A DNA stretch of 64,000 nt from an uncultured Collinsella sp. (GTDB taxonomy: Bacteria > Actinomycetota > Coriobacteriia > Coriobacteriales > Coriobacteriaceae). The notes under the pieces were generated by a model. That model saw nothing but the letters and a program-made list of their open reading frames with translations, made no database searches and was not told where the DNA came from. This document shows positions 1 through 9,471 of this stretch, piece after piece; the first letter of the stretch is position 1; each line of letters begins with the position of its first letter. The position numbers and the translations under genes are program-made. The stretch is from positions 3,918 to 67,917 of the forward strand of contig CAAENX010000012.1 of the NCBI GenBank assembly GCA_900757495.1. The letters run 5' to 3'.

Positions 1-445
1 CGTGGAGCGGGCCCACGCCTAGGTAGTCGACCAGGCTCATGTCGGCGGTCTTGACGTACTCGAGCATCTCCTCGCAGCGGGCCGAAAGACCCACAATGGC
101 ATCGGGGCCCAAAAGTTTGCGGCAGACCTCGACGGGAATATCGCTCTGGCCCACGTGCACGCCGTCGACAGCGATGCCCTGCTCGCGCGCGGCGAGCACG
201 CAGTCAAGGCGGTCGTCGATCAGCAGGGCGACCTGACCGGTCTTGCCGGCCTGCGCGATTGCCTGCGCGGCGCCGCCGGTCAGCGCAATGATTTCACGCG
301 CGCTTGCAACCTTGGAGCGCACCTGGATGCAGGTAAAGCCGGCGTCGAGCGCCTGCGCCACCACATCGCCCACGGGGCGCCCGAGTGTGTTTTCGGGGCC
401 GAGTACCAGATAGGCCGAGATATCAAGGTTGTCGCGGATACTCAT
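1..445 (-). CDS. thiE: Thiamine-phosphate synthase (3' end runs off the window)
   Basis: Manual translation from ATG at 445: MSIRDNLDISAYLVLGPENTLGRPVGDVVAQALDAGFTCIQVRSK, later a GVHVGQ motif and DYLGVGP; ATGA overlap with the upstream ORF; same operon as thiM. Confidence 0.9.
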   Translation of the reverse strand, partial: MSIRDNLDISAYLVLGPENTLGRPVGDVVAQALDAGFTCIQVRSKVASAREIIALTGGAAQAIAQAGKTGQVALLIDDRLDCVLAAREQGIAVDGVHVGQSDIPVEVCRKLLGPDAIVGLSARCEEMLEYVKTADMSLVDYLGVGPLH

Positions 446-783
446 CGTGCTTCCTCCTGCTTTTTGATCTGTGCTTCCATGCGCTCGAGTTTGCCGGTCA
501 TGGTGTCGGTAAATCCGGGTCGAATATCGGCTTTGAGTACGACTTCGGTTCGGATGCCCTTACTCGCCAACACAAAGGTCGCATCGCGTACGACCTGCAT
601 AACCTTGTCCCAGTCGCCCTCGATCTCGGTGAACATCGAGGTGGTGCGGTTGGGAAGGCCGCTCTCGCGAATGACGCGCACGACTTCGGCGACCTCGGCG
701 GAGAGCTCGTCGCCGGTACCGCACGGGGCGATGGCCACGGCGACAAGGGTGTTCATGCCGGTGCTGGTTGCGGGCTCGGACAT
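442..783 (-). CDS. Thiamine/HMP-binding protein, YkoF/MTH1187 family
   Basis: 113 aa with SxxVAxxVxVI..SGL..TTSMFTEIEGDWD pattern; lies between thiM and thiE. Confidence 0.8.
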   Translation of the reverse strand: MSEPATSTGMNTLVAVAIAPCGTGDELSAEVAEVVRVIRESGLPNRTTSMFTEIEGDWDKVMQVVRDATFVLASKGIRTEVVLKADIRPGFTDTMTGKLERMEAQIKKQEEAR

Positions 784-786
784 GGC

Positions 787-1626
787 TTATGCCTCCTCGA
801 GCTCGAGTCGGTTGTCGGCGATGTCCTGGGCGGTCGCGCGGTAGAGCTCATCGATAAAGGCGACCTTAAAGCTTGCCGGGGCATCGGCGACAGCGGCGGC
901 ACGCGTGCCGGCAACGTTGTAGACCGCGGTGCCGCAGATGGCTGCCGTAAACGGATCGCCGGCGCAGGCATACACGGCCAGCACGCCGCCCTGCGAGCAG
1001 CCGCAGCCGGTGATCTTGGACATGAGCGGGCTGCCGCCATGGGACTTGGCCACGGTCGTGCCGTCGGTGATCAGGTCAACCTCGCCCGAGACAACTACGG
1101 CGCCGCCAGTGTAGCGAGCGAGCGCCACGGCGGCATCGCGGGCGGCATCAACGGTGTCGGTGGTGTCGACACCGCGGGCGCGGCTGAGGTCGGCTGCCTC
1201 ACCCTCAAGGTTCCATAGGGCGGCAAGCGCGATGATCTCGGAGGCGTTGCCGCGCACGATGGCGGGCTTGTACTGCTTGAGCTCGTTTACCAACTGGGTG
1301 CGCAGGCTACCGATGCCCAGGCCCACCGGGTCGAGCACCCAGGGCTTGCCGGCGTCATGCGCCGCCTTGGCTGCGCGGGGAATCGTCTGCTCGTAGATGG
1401 GGAAGAGCGTGCCCATATTGAGATAGATGGCGCCGCCGCCGGCAACGAGCGCCTCGCCCTCGTCGGGCAGGTAGACCATGGCGGCCGATCCGCCCACGGC
1501 GAGCTGCGCGTTGGCGACAAAATCAATCGTCACCGTATTGGTGATGGAGCCGGCCATCGGATTGGTAGCGCGAATTTCCTCCACGGCCTTGACTACGTTT
1601 TGCTTGAGTTGTTCCGAATTGATCAC
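787..1626 (-). CDS. thiM: Hydroxyethylthiazole kinase
   Basis: SITNTVT..ANAQLAVG, VLDPVG, RGNASEI, ITGCGC motifs; GTG start at 1626 preceded by AAGGAGG. Confidence 0.93.
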   Translation of the reverse strand: MINSEQLKQNVVKAVEEIRATNPMAGSITNTVTIDFVANAQLAVGGSAAMVYLPDEGEALVAGGGAIYLNMGTLFPIYEQTIPRAAKAAHDAGKPWVLDPVGLGIGSLRTQLVNELKQYKPAIVRGNASEIIALAALWNLEGEAADLSRARGVDTTDTVDAARDAAVALARYTGGAVVVSGEVDLITDGTTVAKSHGGSPLMSKITGCGCSQGGVLAVYACAGDPFTAAICGTAVYNVAGTRAAAVADAPASFKVAFIDELYRATAQDIADNRLELEEA

Positions 1627-1648
1627 TGCACATGCCTCCTTGGCATAG

Positions 1649-1679
1649 AAAAGGGGCGCTGTGCATAGACAGCGCCCCT
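1649..1679 (-). terminator. Intrinsic terminator of the TPP riboswitch expression platform
   Basis: AGGGGCGCTGT-loop-ACAGCGCCCCT followed by a T run on the minus strand, between aptamer and thiM RBS. Confidence 0.75.
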
Positions 1680-1690
1680 GTAAAGGCGGC

Positions 1691-1782
1691 ATGCTCCCTA
1701 CGCCAGCATTAACTGACAGGTTCAAAGGATTGGGCCCCATGCCCTCTCAGCCTTGTGGTTTGCACCGCCGGCACTCCCGCAT
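1691..1782 (-). promoter_or_regulatory. TPP riboswitch aptamer
   Basis: Minus strand reads GCGGGAGTGC...GGCTGAGAG...CCTTTGAACCTGTCAGTTAATGCTGGCGTAGGGAGC, the THI-box consensus, upstream of thiM. Confidence 0.93.
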
Positions 1783-1809
1783 CGAATCTGTTGCTCCCTA
1801 TACTAGCGC

Positions 1810-1900
1810 ACCTGCCAAAAAGGGACAGGTTTATTTTGGCAGGTGGCAACTGGGGCGCTGCATTTTCCCAGATAAAACCTGCCAAAATAAACCTGTCCCT
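1810..1900. repeat. REP-like palindromic repeat, family R1 (two inverted units)
   Basis: ACCTGCCAAAA-AGGGACAGGTTTA-TTTTGGCAGGT plus an inverted partial unit at ~1867-1900; related copies at 20080 and 44425. Confidence 0.8.
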
Positions 1901-1948
1901 AATTGGTAGGTCGTTACAATGGTTACGGTGAAAATGACGGGGGACCTT

Positions 1949-2857
1949 ATGATTAAACTTGTGCTGACCGATATGGACGATACGCTGATTCCGGCCGGGC
2001 ATGACGGCGCCAGCGACTACGCCATCGAGGGCATTCATGCCATGCAGGCGGCGGGTCTGCACTTTGGCCCGGTTTCGGGTCGCCAACCGTCCGCGATGGG
2101 CTGGATGTTCAAAAATTGTTCCGAGTGCTTTTCGACCGGTGCGTTCTGCAACGGCCAGGTCATGTTTGTGGACGGCGAGGTGGTAGCCTCGCATGCGACC
2201 GACAACGCCGCCCTTATGCGCTTGGCTGACTACTTGGAGCAAGAGACCGACGATACATATCTGAAAGTCTACAGCCTGGGCGATGATTATTGGAATAACG
2301 ATGCCTATTGTGTGACGAGTGATCCCGAGCGCGTTCGTCGCGCCATGGAGTCGGGCGGCAACGCATGGCTCAAAGGCGAAGAGGCCCCGTGCTGTCCTGT
2401 TGTCGATGATGCCCCGGTATACAAGGCGAATATCTGGAGTGCCCGTTCGCGTGAGGAGCTCGCGGGGCTACGCGAGCGCGTTGCCGCTGAGGTGCCGGAA
2501 CTCTCGCTCGTGTTTCCCAACAATCGTGTGCGCCTATTCGACATTCTTCCAGCAGATTGGGACAAGGGTTGCGCTGCGCTGGAGCTGGCGCGCGCTTTGG
2601 GCCTGACGCTCGACGAGGTGGCCGTATTCGGCGATTCCGATAACGATCTGCCCATGATCGATGCCGTTCCCAACTCCGTCGCAGTCGCCAATGCCAACGA
2701 GGCCGTCACGGCTGCCGCGCGCTGGCATATCGGCGCTGCGGCAGATGATACGGTCGCCGGGGCTCTGCATCAGATTGCCGCCTGCGCCGCGACGGGGGAG
2801 ATGCCGTCGTTTATGCGTCAGATGGACACGGCGGGTTTTGGCGTTACGACCGTCTAG
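1949..2857 (+). CDS. Cof-type HAD hydrolase (subfamily IIB)
   Basis: DMDDTL motif I, SGR motif II, DKG, FGDSDNDLPM motif IV. Confidence 0.9.
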   Translation: MIKLVLTDMDDTLIPAGHDGASDYAIEGIHAMQAAGLHFGPVSGRQPSAMGWMFKNCSECFSTGAFCNGQVMFVDGEVVASHATDNAALMRLADYLEQETDDTYLKVYSLGDDYWNNDAYCVTSDPERVRRAMESGGNAWLKGEEAPCCPVVDDAPVYKANIWSARSREELAGLRERVAAEVPELSLVFPNNRVRLFDILPADWDKGCAALELARALGLTLDEVAVFGDSDNDLPMIDAVPNSVAVANANEAVTAAARWHIGAAADDTVAGALHQIAACAATGEMPSFMRQMDTAGFGVTTV

Positions 2858-2867
2858 GGAGAAAGTC

Positions 2868-3764
2868 ATGAAGCTTCAGCAACTCAGGTATGTTGTTAAG
2901 GTTGCCGAATGCGGCAGTATCACCGAGGCCTCGCGCCGGCTCTTTGTGTCGCAGCCTTCGATTACCGCGTCGATCCGCGATCTCGAAAACGAGATGGGCG
3001 TGCACATCTTTGAGCGCACCAACAAGGGCGTCATTGTGTCCGAGGAAGGCGAGACCTTCTTGGGCTACGCGCGCCAGGTGCTCGACCAGGCCGACCTGCT
3101 CGAGGGCAAGTACAAAGGCACGTCCGAGCAGGTGCCGCACTTTAGTGTGAGCTGCCAGCATTATTCCTTTGCCGTTAACGCGTTTGTCGATGTGATCCGC
3201 GAGTTCGATGCCGCGCGCTACGACTTTACCCTGCGCGAGGAGCAGACTCACGAGATTATCGAGGACGTCGCGCATATGAAAAGCGAACTGGGCATCCTGT
3301 ATCTGTCGGAGCATAACCGCGAGGTTATCGAGCGCATGCTCGCCGCTAACGAGCTCGTATTCGAGGGGCTCTTTTGCGCTGCGCCGCATGTCTTTGTATG
3401 CGCCGACCATCCATTGGCGGACCACGCCAGCGTGACACTCGAAGATCTCAAGGATTACCCGTTCCTGTCCTATGAGCAGGGCAGCTATAACTCGTTTTAT
3501 TATTCTGAGGAGCTGACCTCGACCTTTGAGCGCCGCAAGAATATCCGCGTGCGCGACCGTGCGACGCTGTTCAACCTCGCTATGGGCCTTAACGGTTACA
3601 CGGTGTGTTCGGGCGTGATCAGCCATGAACTTAACGGTCCCGGTATTATCTCGATTCCGCTCGATGTGGACGAGTACATGGAGATCGGTATTATCACACG
3701 CAAGAACACGACGCTCACGCGCTATGGGCAGGCCTATATCGACGCGATCCGTCAGCACATCTAG
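2868..3764 (+). CDS. LysR-family regulator (MetR/MtaR/CmbR-like)
   Basis: N-terminal LysR HTH (GSITEASRRLFVSQPSITASIRDLE); directly upstream of the MetE-like gene. Confidence 0.88.
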   Translation: MKLQQLRYVVKVAECGSITEASRRLFVSQPSITASIRDLENEMGVHIFERTNKGVIVSEEGETFLGYARQVLDQADLLEGKYKGTSEQVPHFSVSCQHYSFAVNAFVDVIREFDAARYDFTLREEQTHEIIEDVAHMKSELGILYLSEHNREVIERMLAANELVFEGLFCAAPHVFVCADHPLADHASVTLEDLKDYPFLSYEQGSYNSFYYSEELTSTFERRKNIRVRDRATLFNLAMGLNGYTVCSGVISHELNGPGIISIPLDVDEYMEIGIITRKNTTLTRYGQAYIDAIRQHI

Positions 3765-3813
3765 GCTGCTGCGTCCTGCATGGGTTAAATCTCTTTAGGG
3801 CAGTCCAGACTGA

Positions 3814-3843
3814 TATAGGAAGCATCTATATCAAACTGTTATA
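3814..3843. promoter_or_regulatory. Putative LysR (MetR/MtaR-type) operator
   Basis: TATAG-N7-CTATA at 3814-3830 with an overlapping weaker TATAT-N7-TTATA at 3827-3843. Confidence 0.6.
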
Positions 3844-3919
3844 AACGTATATTTTACGATGGCCATATGAACGCTCATACTGTGTCCCAGTAAAGCAACC
3901 AATGCAAAGGGAGATATCT

Positions 3920-5053
3920 ATGAGCACTTCGATTCAACCGAACGCGCCGTTTCGCGCCGATATCGTCGGTAGCTTTCTTCGTCCGCAGACCGTAAAGGAC
4001 GCCCGCGCTGCCTATGCGGCAGGCACGCTTGATGCCGAGGGGCTTAAGGCCGTCGAGGACGAGGCCATTCGCGACTTGGTGGCAAAGCAGAAGGCCGCCG
4101 GCCTGCAGGTGATCACCGATGGCGAGTTCCGCCGCAGCTATTGGCATCTCGACTTTATGTGGGGGCTTAACGGCGTCGAGCATCGTGCCTCTCGTACGGG
4201 CTATATGTTCCACGATGAGGAGACTACCGCCGACACCGCCGTGGTAACCGGTCCCATCAGCGGCGAGAACCATCCGTTCGTCGAGCACTTCAAGTTTGTC
4301 AAGGCGCTTGAGGGGGAGGGCCAGGTCGCGCGTCAGACCATTCCGGCGCCGATTCAGACGTTCTCCGAAGTCACGCTCGACCGCTGCGATGGCCAGCAGG
4401 AGAGTCTGCGCGCCGTCTACAAGACCGACGAAGAGCTCGCCGATGCCATCGCCGCAGCATATCGCACCGTGATTGCCGACCTGTATGCCGCAGGCTGCCG
4501 CAACATCCAATTTGATGACTGCACCTGGGGCATCTATTGCGATAGCGACTTTGTGTCCAAGACCGGCATGAGCCCGGTTGACCTGCAAAAGGTGAGCGAG
4601 CTGGGCGTGGCACTCAACAATGCCGCCATCGCGGGCAAGCCCGACGATCTGGTCATCAACATGCACGTGTGCCGCGGCAACTACCACTCTACCTATGCTT
4701 TCGAGGGCGGCTATGACCCCATCGCGCCGTACCTGTTTGCACATGAGGATGTCGACGCATTCTACCTGGAGTTCGATACGCCGCGCGCCGGCGGTTTTGA
4801 GCCGCTCAGCTACGTTGCCCCGGGCAAGAAGGTCGTGCTGGGCTTGGTGACCACCAAGGCCGCAGAGCTCGAGAACGAGGATGTTATCGTCGAGCGCATC
4901 CGCGAAGCCGCAAAGTACGTGCCGCTCGAGAACCTGTATCTGTCTCCCCAGTGCGGCTTTGCCAGCTGCGAGATTGGCAACAAGCTGACCGAGGACGAGC
5001 AGTGGGCAAAGATCGCCCTGGTCAAACGCATCGCCGAGCGCATCTGGAAGTAG
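3920..5053 (+). CDS. Cobalamin-independent methionine synthase II family protein (short MetE, YxjH-like)
   Basis: DIVGSFLRP, TDGEFRR, zinc-ligand motifs HVCRGN and SPQCGF. Confidence 0.88.
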   Translation: MSTSIQPNAPFRADIVGSFLRPQTVKDARAAYAAGTLDAEGLKAVEDEAIRDLVAKQKAAGLQVITDGEFRRSYWHLDFMWGLNGVEHRASRTGYMFHDEETTADTAVVTGPISGENHPFVEHFKFVKALEGEGQVARQTIPAPIQTFSEVTLDRCDGQQESLRAVYKTDEELADAIAAAYRTVIADLYAAGCRNIQFDDCTWGIYCDSDFVSKTGMSPVDLQKVSELGVALNNAAIAGKPDDLVINMHVCRGNYHSTYAFEGGYDPIAPYLFAHEDVDAFYLEFDTPRAGGFEPLSYVAPGKKVVLGLVTTKAAELENEDVIVERIREAAKYVPLENLYLSPQCGFASCEIGNKLTEDEQWAKIALVKRIAERIWK

Positions 5054-5176
5054 TGCTGCCGTTCGCAGGGGGCGTCGTGGTCGGAGCGGCATGCATCGCG
5101 TACAATGGTTCGGATTGTATCGTTCGGGCAGGTAATCCGATATGCCCGAGCGCCCTTCCATTATGAAAGGACATCC

Positions 5177-6511
5177 ATGTCCCAATCCTCGACGCCCGCC
5201 GTCGCCGATGCCATCTACGATGCGTCGTCGCTCGGTCGCCCGCGCATGTTCCTACTCGGTCTGCAGCATCTATTCGCGATGTTCGGTGCCACGGTGCTCG
5301 TACCCGTGCTCACCGGTCTCTCGGTGTCGGCGACCCTTTTGTTTGCCGGCCTGGGCACGCTGCTCTTCCACTTCCTATCGCGCGGCAAGGTGCCAGCGTT
5401 TTTGGGATCTTCGTTTGCCTTTATCGCGGGCTATGCCGCCATCGCGCCCAACGGCGAGGCCGAGCTTTTGCCCTACGCCTGCCTAGGTGTAGCCTGTGCC
5501 GGCCTGCTCTATCCGGTGCTGGCGGCCCTGTTTCGCGCGTTTGGTGCCAAGCGCGTTATGCGCTTCTTCCCGCCGGTAGTGACTGGCCCCATCGTCATTT
5601 CCATCGGCCTGATCTTGGCAAGCTCTGCCATCGCCAACTGCCAGACCAATTGGCTTGTTGCCGTTGTCGCTGTGGCGGTGATCGTCATCTGCAACATCTG
5701 GGGCCGTGGCATGGTCAAGATCGTGCCGATTCTGCTGGGCGTTGTGGTGAGCTATGCCGTTGCGACTGCGCTCGGCGAGGTTGATTTCTCGGGCGTCGCA
5801 GCCGCTCCCTGGGTTGGCTTGCCCGTCGTGTGGGATAACACCGTGTTTGCGCTCTTTGGCCCGCAGTTCGATAGCGGTCTTGCCACGACGGCCATCATCA
5901 CCATTATGCCGCTGGCCTTTGCGACCATGATCGAGCATATCGGTGACATCTCGGCTATCGGCTCCACTTGCGAGCGTAACTACATCGCCGATCCTGGCCT
6001 GCATCGCACGCTGCTTGGCGACGGCCTGGCGACCATTCTCGCATCGCTCTTTGGCGCTCCGGCTAACACCACCTATGGCGAGAACACCGGTGTGCTTGCC
6101 CTAACGCGTGTGTTTGACCCGCGCGTGATTCGCATTGCCGCATGTTGTGCCATTGCGCTCTCGTTCTGCCCCAAGTTCGCGGCTGTCATTGCGGCCATGC
6201 CGGCGTGTGTAATCGGCGGCGTGTCGCTCGTGCTCTATGGCATGATCAGCGCCGTGGGCGTCCGCAACCTCATCGAGAACCAGGTCGATTTCCAAAACAA
6301 CCGCAACGTGCTGGTGGCCGCCCTGGTGCTCGTGCTTTCGCTCGGCATTGCGTACAGCACCGCCGGCGCCATCGTGCTTGAGCTGGGCGGCGTGACGATT
6401 TCGCTTTCCGGCCTTGCCGTGGGCTCGCTGGTGGGCATCGTGCTCAACGCCATCCTGCCGGGTAACGACTTTGAGTTTGACGTCTCCGAGCTTGAGGAGG
6501 CTGCTGAGTAA
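5177..6511 (+). CDS. Uracil-xanthine permease (NCS2, UraA/PyrP-like)
   Basis: QHLFAMFGATVLVP, GSSFAF, EHIGD, TTYGENTG signature. Confidence 0.9.
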   Translation: MSQSSTPAVADAIYDASSLGRPRMFLLGLQHLFAMFGATVLVPVLTGLSVSATLLFAGLGTLLFHFLSRGKVPAFLGSSFAFIAGYAAIAPNGEAELLPYACLGVACAGLLYPVLAALFRAFGAKRVMRFFPPVVTGPIVISIGLILASSAIANCQTNWLVAVVAVAVIVICNIWGRGMVKIVPILLGVVVSYAVATALGEVDFSGVAAAPWVGLPVVWDNTVFALFGPQFDSGLATTAIITIMPLAFATMIEHIGDISAIGSTCERNYIADPGLHRTLLGDGLATILASLFGAPANTTYGENTGVLALTRVFDPRVIRIAACCAIALSFCPKFAAVIAAMPACVIGGVSLVLYGMISAVGVRNLIENQVDFQNNRNVLVAALVLVLSLGIAYSTAGAIVLELGGVTISLSGLAVGSLVGIVLNAILPGNDFEFDVSELEEAAE

Positions 6512-6536
6512 CAACTGCGTCCAGCTAAAACAAGAT

Positions 6537-6574
6537 ATGGTGCCCATGCGTATATGCGCGTGGGCACCATTTTT
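6537..6574. terminator. Hairpin terminator between convergent genes
   Basis: ATGGTGCCCATGCG...CGCGTGGGCACCAT followed by a T run. Confidence 0.65.
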
Positions 6575-7238
6575 AATGCGTCAGTATCCAGTGGATGCCG
6601 CGGGCCATGCGCAAGTCGGTCTGGGAAAAGTGATTGCCGGGGTTGAGCTCCAGCGTCGTGGGAATACCACGTTCGCCGAGCAGCTTTTCCATTGCGCGCG
6701 TATCGTCGAGTACGTGCCGCATCATGCGGTTGGGAGTCTTGGTCTCCTTTTTACCGAGCGACAGATAGACAGCCTGCGGGCTGCCGGCAAATGGCGCCGT
6801 GCTGGCGCGATCGACAAAGTCGGGAAACCATAGCGACCCCGATGCGCTCGCGGCGCGGTCAAATGCGTCGGTTTGCCAGAGGGACCAGAGTGCGAAGAGG
6901 CCCGCGAGCGAGTAACCGGCAATGCCACGCCAGGTGGGCGGCTGAGGAAGCGATGACTCGACCTGGGGGATTATCTGATTCAGCAGCTCATCAAGAAAAC
7001 CGGCAGCTTGGCCGCCGAAAGGCTCGGCATCGCGTACGGTCCCGTCGCATGCCCAGGGGCTCAGCTCGCGATTCCAATCGAGCCCGCCAATGGTGACGAG
7101 GGCGAATGGCGGACAGTCGAGCTCTCGGCAACACTTATAAACCTCGCTGCCGTCGCCCACGACCACAGGAAGGTAGATGACAGGCGCGCTTTCCGTATGA
7201 TTCGAATAAACGGTTATCTGCTTTTGATGCGCTTCCAT
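6573..7238 (-). CDS. Alpha/beta hydrolase (esterase family)
   Basis: GYSLAG nucleophile elbow, SGSLW, C-terminal PGNH. Confidence 0.8.
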   Translation of the reverse strand: MEAHQKQITVYSNHTESAPVIYLPVVVGDGSEVYKCCRELDCPPFALVTIGGLDWNRELSPWACDGTVRDAEPFGGQAAGFLDELLNQIIPQVESSLPQPPTWRGIAGYSLAGLFALWSLWQTDAFDRAASASGSLWFPDFVDRASTAPFAGSPQAVYLSLGKKETKTPNRMMRHVLDDTRAMEKLLGERGIPTTLELNPGNHFSQTDLRMARGIHWILTH

Positions 7239-7350
7239 GACGGGCTTCTCTCAGTGTTGTGATATCGGCAGCCCCAATTGTCGCACGCCAGCGTATGCCG
7301 GTTGGGCTAGACCAAAGACAATCTCGTGCATCCCCTGCGGACGCATATGG

Positions 7351-7391
7351 AAAACGCCACCGCCGGAGGGGAGCTCGGCGGTGGCGTTGTT
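7351..7391 (-). terminator. Intrinsic terminator downstream of surface protein B
   Basis: AACGCCACCGCCG...CGGCGGTGGCGTT hairpin with an A run on the left flank. Confidence 0.6.
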
Positions 7392-7445
7392 AAACGGTGC
7401 TGGGGCTCGGGGCCTTCGCGGGAGCTGCCATGTGCGCAGAGGCGT

Positions 7446-9200
7446 CTAAGAGCGCTTACGGCTCGCCATGGTGCCTGCGGCGATAGCGGCTGTTCCCGCA
7501 AGGACGGTTGCCACGATGGCCGCACCCGAGGTGTCGCCGGTTGCCGCGAGCACGCCGGTAGTCTTGGCTTTCGTGGTTGAAGCCGCAACGGCCTTGGTCG
7601 GCTTTGAGCCCTCAGGCTTGGGGTTCTGCTTGGTCTCGTCGGGCTTGGGGTCTTCCGGCTTGGCTACCTCGGGAGGTGCGATGGTCGTGCTTTTGGCGAC
7701 TGCTTTGATATAGAGGGAGTCGACCGTGGCGTCGCCCGTGCCGATGGCTTGGCCTGCTTCGTAGATGCCGTCACGGAGCTTGCGATAGTCAATGACCTTG
7801 CCGCCTTCGGGCGTCTGGATGGCGGCGTTCTCAATCTTGATGGTGCCGATTGTCTTGCCGTCAGCGCTCATGGCACGGGCAAAGATTGCCGCTGTATCTC
7901 CTTCGACCGTTACCTTGCTGCGGATGATCGAGATGACTGCGGGTGTGACGCCCTCGCTGGTCTGGGCGATGATGCCGATGTTCTCGCCTTGGGGTTCGCG
8001 CCTCGTCTCGCCATCTTGGTTTTCGCTGTAGGGGATGGGGCCGTCGCCGTTCTCGACATAGCGGGCTATGGCCTTGACAACGGAGTCGCTGATGTAGATG
8101 TGGCCACCCTTCTCGTTGGGTCGATCGTTTCTGGTGGAGAATGCAGCCGAAACCTCGCCTTCCGCAAACGCGTCCACGGTGGAGCCGTTCTTGACGACGA
8201 TGTCGTCCTGGTAGGTGAAGAGGGCGATGGCGCCACCGTATCTGCCTTTACTTGCACGGACCGTCACGTTTGCATGATCGAGGGTGATGCCCTTGTGGGC
8301 ATAGACGCCATATTCAACACCGTTTACGTTGAGGGAGGCGTTTGTGGCTGCGAGGCTGCCCTTGGCCTCGATGGCAGCGTCTTTCTCGGAGCTTGCCTTG
8401 ACCTGGCTGCCGTCCGAGATGTTGATATTGCCGCCGCTCCAAAGGGCCTCACCATCGGCTGAGCTTGCCTCGACTGCCCCGCCACCCTTTATGGTGAGGT
8501 TCTTGTCGGTTCCAATACCCTTGTCCTTGGTAGCCCTGGCGGTGACGGCTCCGCTGTCGTCAATCGTGATATTGCCGTTTGCCCTGATGCCATCCGATGC
8601 GCCCGTGGCGTTGACGTTGCCCGAACCTTTGATAGCGAGATCACCCCCGGCATTGATGGCATCAAACCCAGTGCTCGTGGCGTTGACGGATCCGGCTCCG
8701 TCGATTTTGATATTACCCGTGGAGAGGATAGCGTCCTCAGTAGATGTCACGCTGAGCGTGCCGCCCTCGTCGCCTTGGATATTGAGCTCGGCATTCTCGT
8801 TAGTGCCATGAGAAACGTTGATGCTTTCGATCCATTCGGCAGTGACGATGTTGGTTCCCGAGTAATTCACGTTGAGCTTGCCTGCGGCCTGGATCTCGCC
8901 GCCGTTATAGTTGCTGAGCTTCAAGTCGTCGGCGCCGTCCCACGACCAGGTACCGGCCTCGTCGCTCGCCGCGGTGTTGTACTTGTTGCCGCCGACCTTG
9001 ACCCATTCCGCTGCGAGCGAGACGCTCGGCATGAGCAGCGAGCTTACCGTGAGCGCGCATACGGCTCCCACGACGATGCGGCGCGTCACGCGGCGCCAGC
9101 TGCCGTGCGCGAGTCCTATGCGACGGCGAACGTCGGGTTCGGCAACATGGGTTCCGGCGGTAGTGTCATTGCGTTTGGGGGTCGTGAACAAGGCTGCCAT
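7446..9200 (-). CDS. Sortase-anchored surface protein B, carbohydrate-binding beta-helix (DUF4353-like) repeats
   Basis: Long signal peptide ending SLA|AE, repeats of G.L.I.G.G.V.A.S, P/K-rich stalk, LAATG motif, hydrophobic anchor, RKRS tail; GGGAG RBS before ATG at 9200. Confidence 0.8.
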   Translation of the reverse strand: MAALFTTPKRNDTTAGTHVAEPDVRRRIGLAHGSWRRVTRRIVVGAVCALTVSSLLMPSVSLAAEWVKVGGNKYNTAASDEAGTWSWDGADDLKLSNYNGGEIQAAGKLNVNYSGTNIVTAEWIESINVSHGTNENAELNIQGDEGGTLSVTSTEDAILSTGNIKIDGAGSVNATSTGFDAINAGGDLAIKGSGNVNATGASDGIRANGNITIDDSGAVTARATKDKGIGTDKNLTIKGGGAVEASSADGEALWSGGNINISDGSQVKASSEKDAAIEAKGSLAATNASLNVNGVEYGVYAHKGITLDHANVTVRASKGRYGGAIALFTYQDDIVVKNGSTVDAFAEGEVSAAFSTRNDRPNEKGGHIYISDSVVKAIARYVENGDGPIPYSENQDGETRREPQGENIGIIAQTSEGVTPAVISIIRSKVTVEGDTAAIFARAMSADGKTIGTIKIENAAIQTPEGGKVIDYRKLRDGIYEAGQAIGTGDATVDSLYIKAVAKSTTIAPPEVAKPEDPKPDETKQNPKPEGSKPTKAVAASTTKAKTTGVLAATGDTSGAAIVATVLAGTAAIAAGTMASRKRS

Positions 9201-9404
9201 GGTTGCTCCCGTTCTCATAGGGCCTATACGACTAGATTCAGCGTATCTGCTGGATGTTGCCGGCGGTAGTGCCGTATGGAGGGCAAAATGGCCAAAATGG
9301 GGGAGAAATAGGCCGCACGCCGGTGCAGGGACCGGCGCTAAAAGAAAAGCGCGGGGCCGCATGGCGACTCCGCGCTTTATTGTTCAGCTTTTGTAGCCTT
9401 GCCC

Positions 9405-9446
9405 TTACGCTACGAAGAAGTAGACGAGGAAGGCAAGGGCCGCGAT
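9405..9446 (-). pseudogene. Duplicated last 13 codons plus stop of the NCS2 permease gene
   Basis: Encodes IAALAFLVYFFVA*; 38/42 nt identical to 11464-11505; followed by a copy of the same terminator hairpin. Confidence 0.85.
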
Positions 9447-9471
9447 GCACCCGTCCTGTGCGAAAAAGTGT

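Noticed and set aside
1627..1740. ORF-track N-terminal extension of thiM (similar extensions on several other genes)
   Set aside because: It runs through the riboswitch and terminator; downstream starts with a clear SD were used instead.
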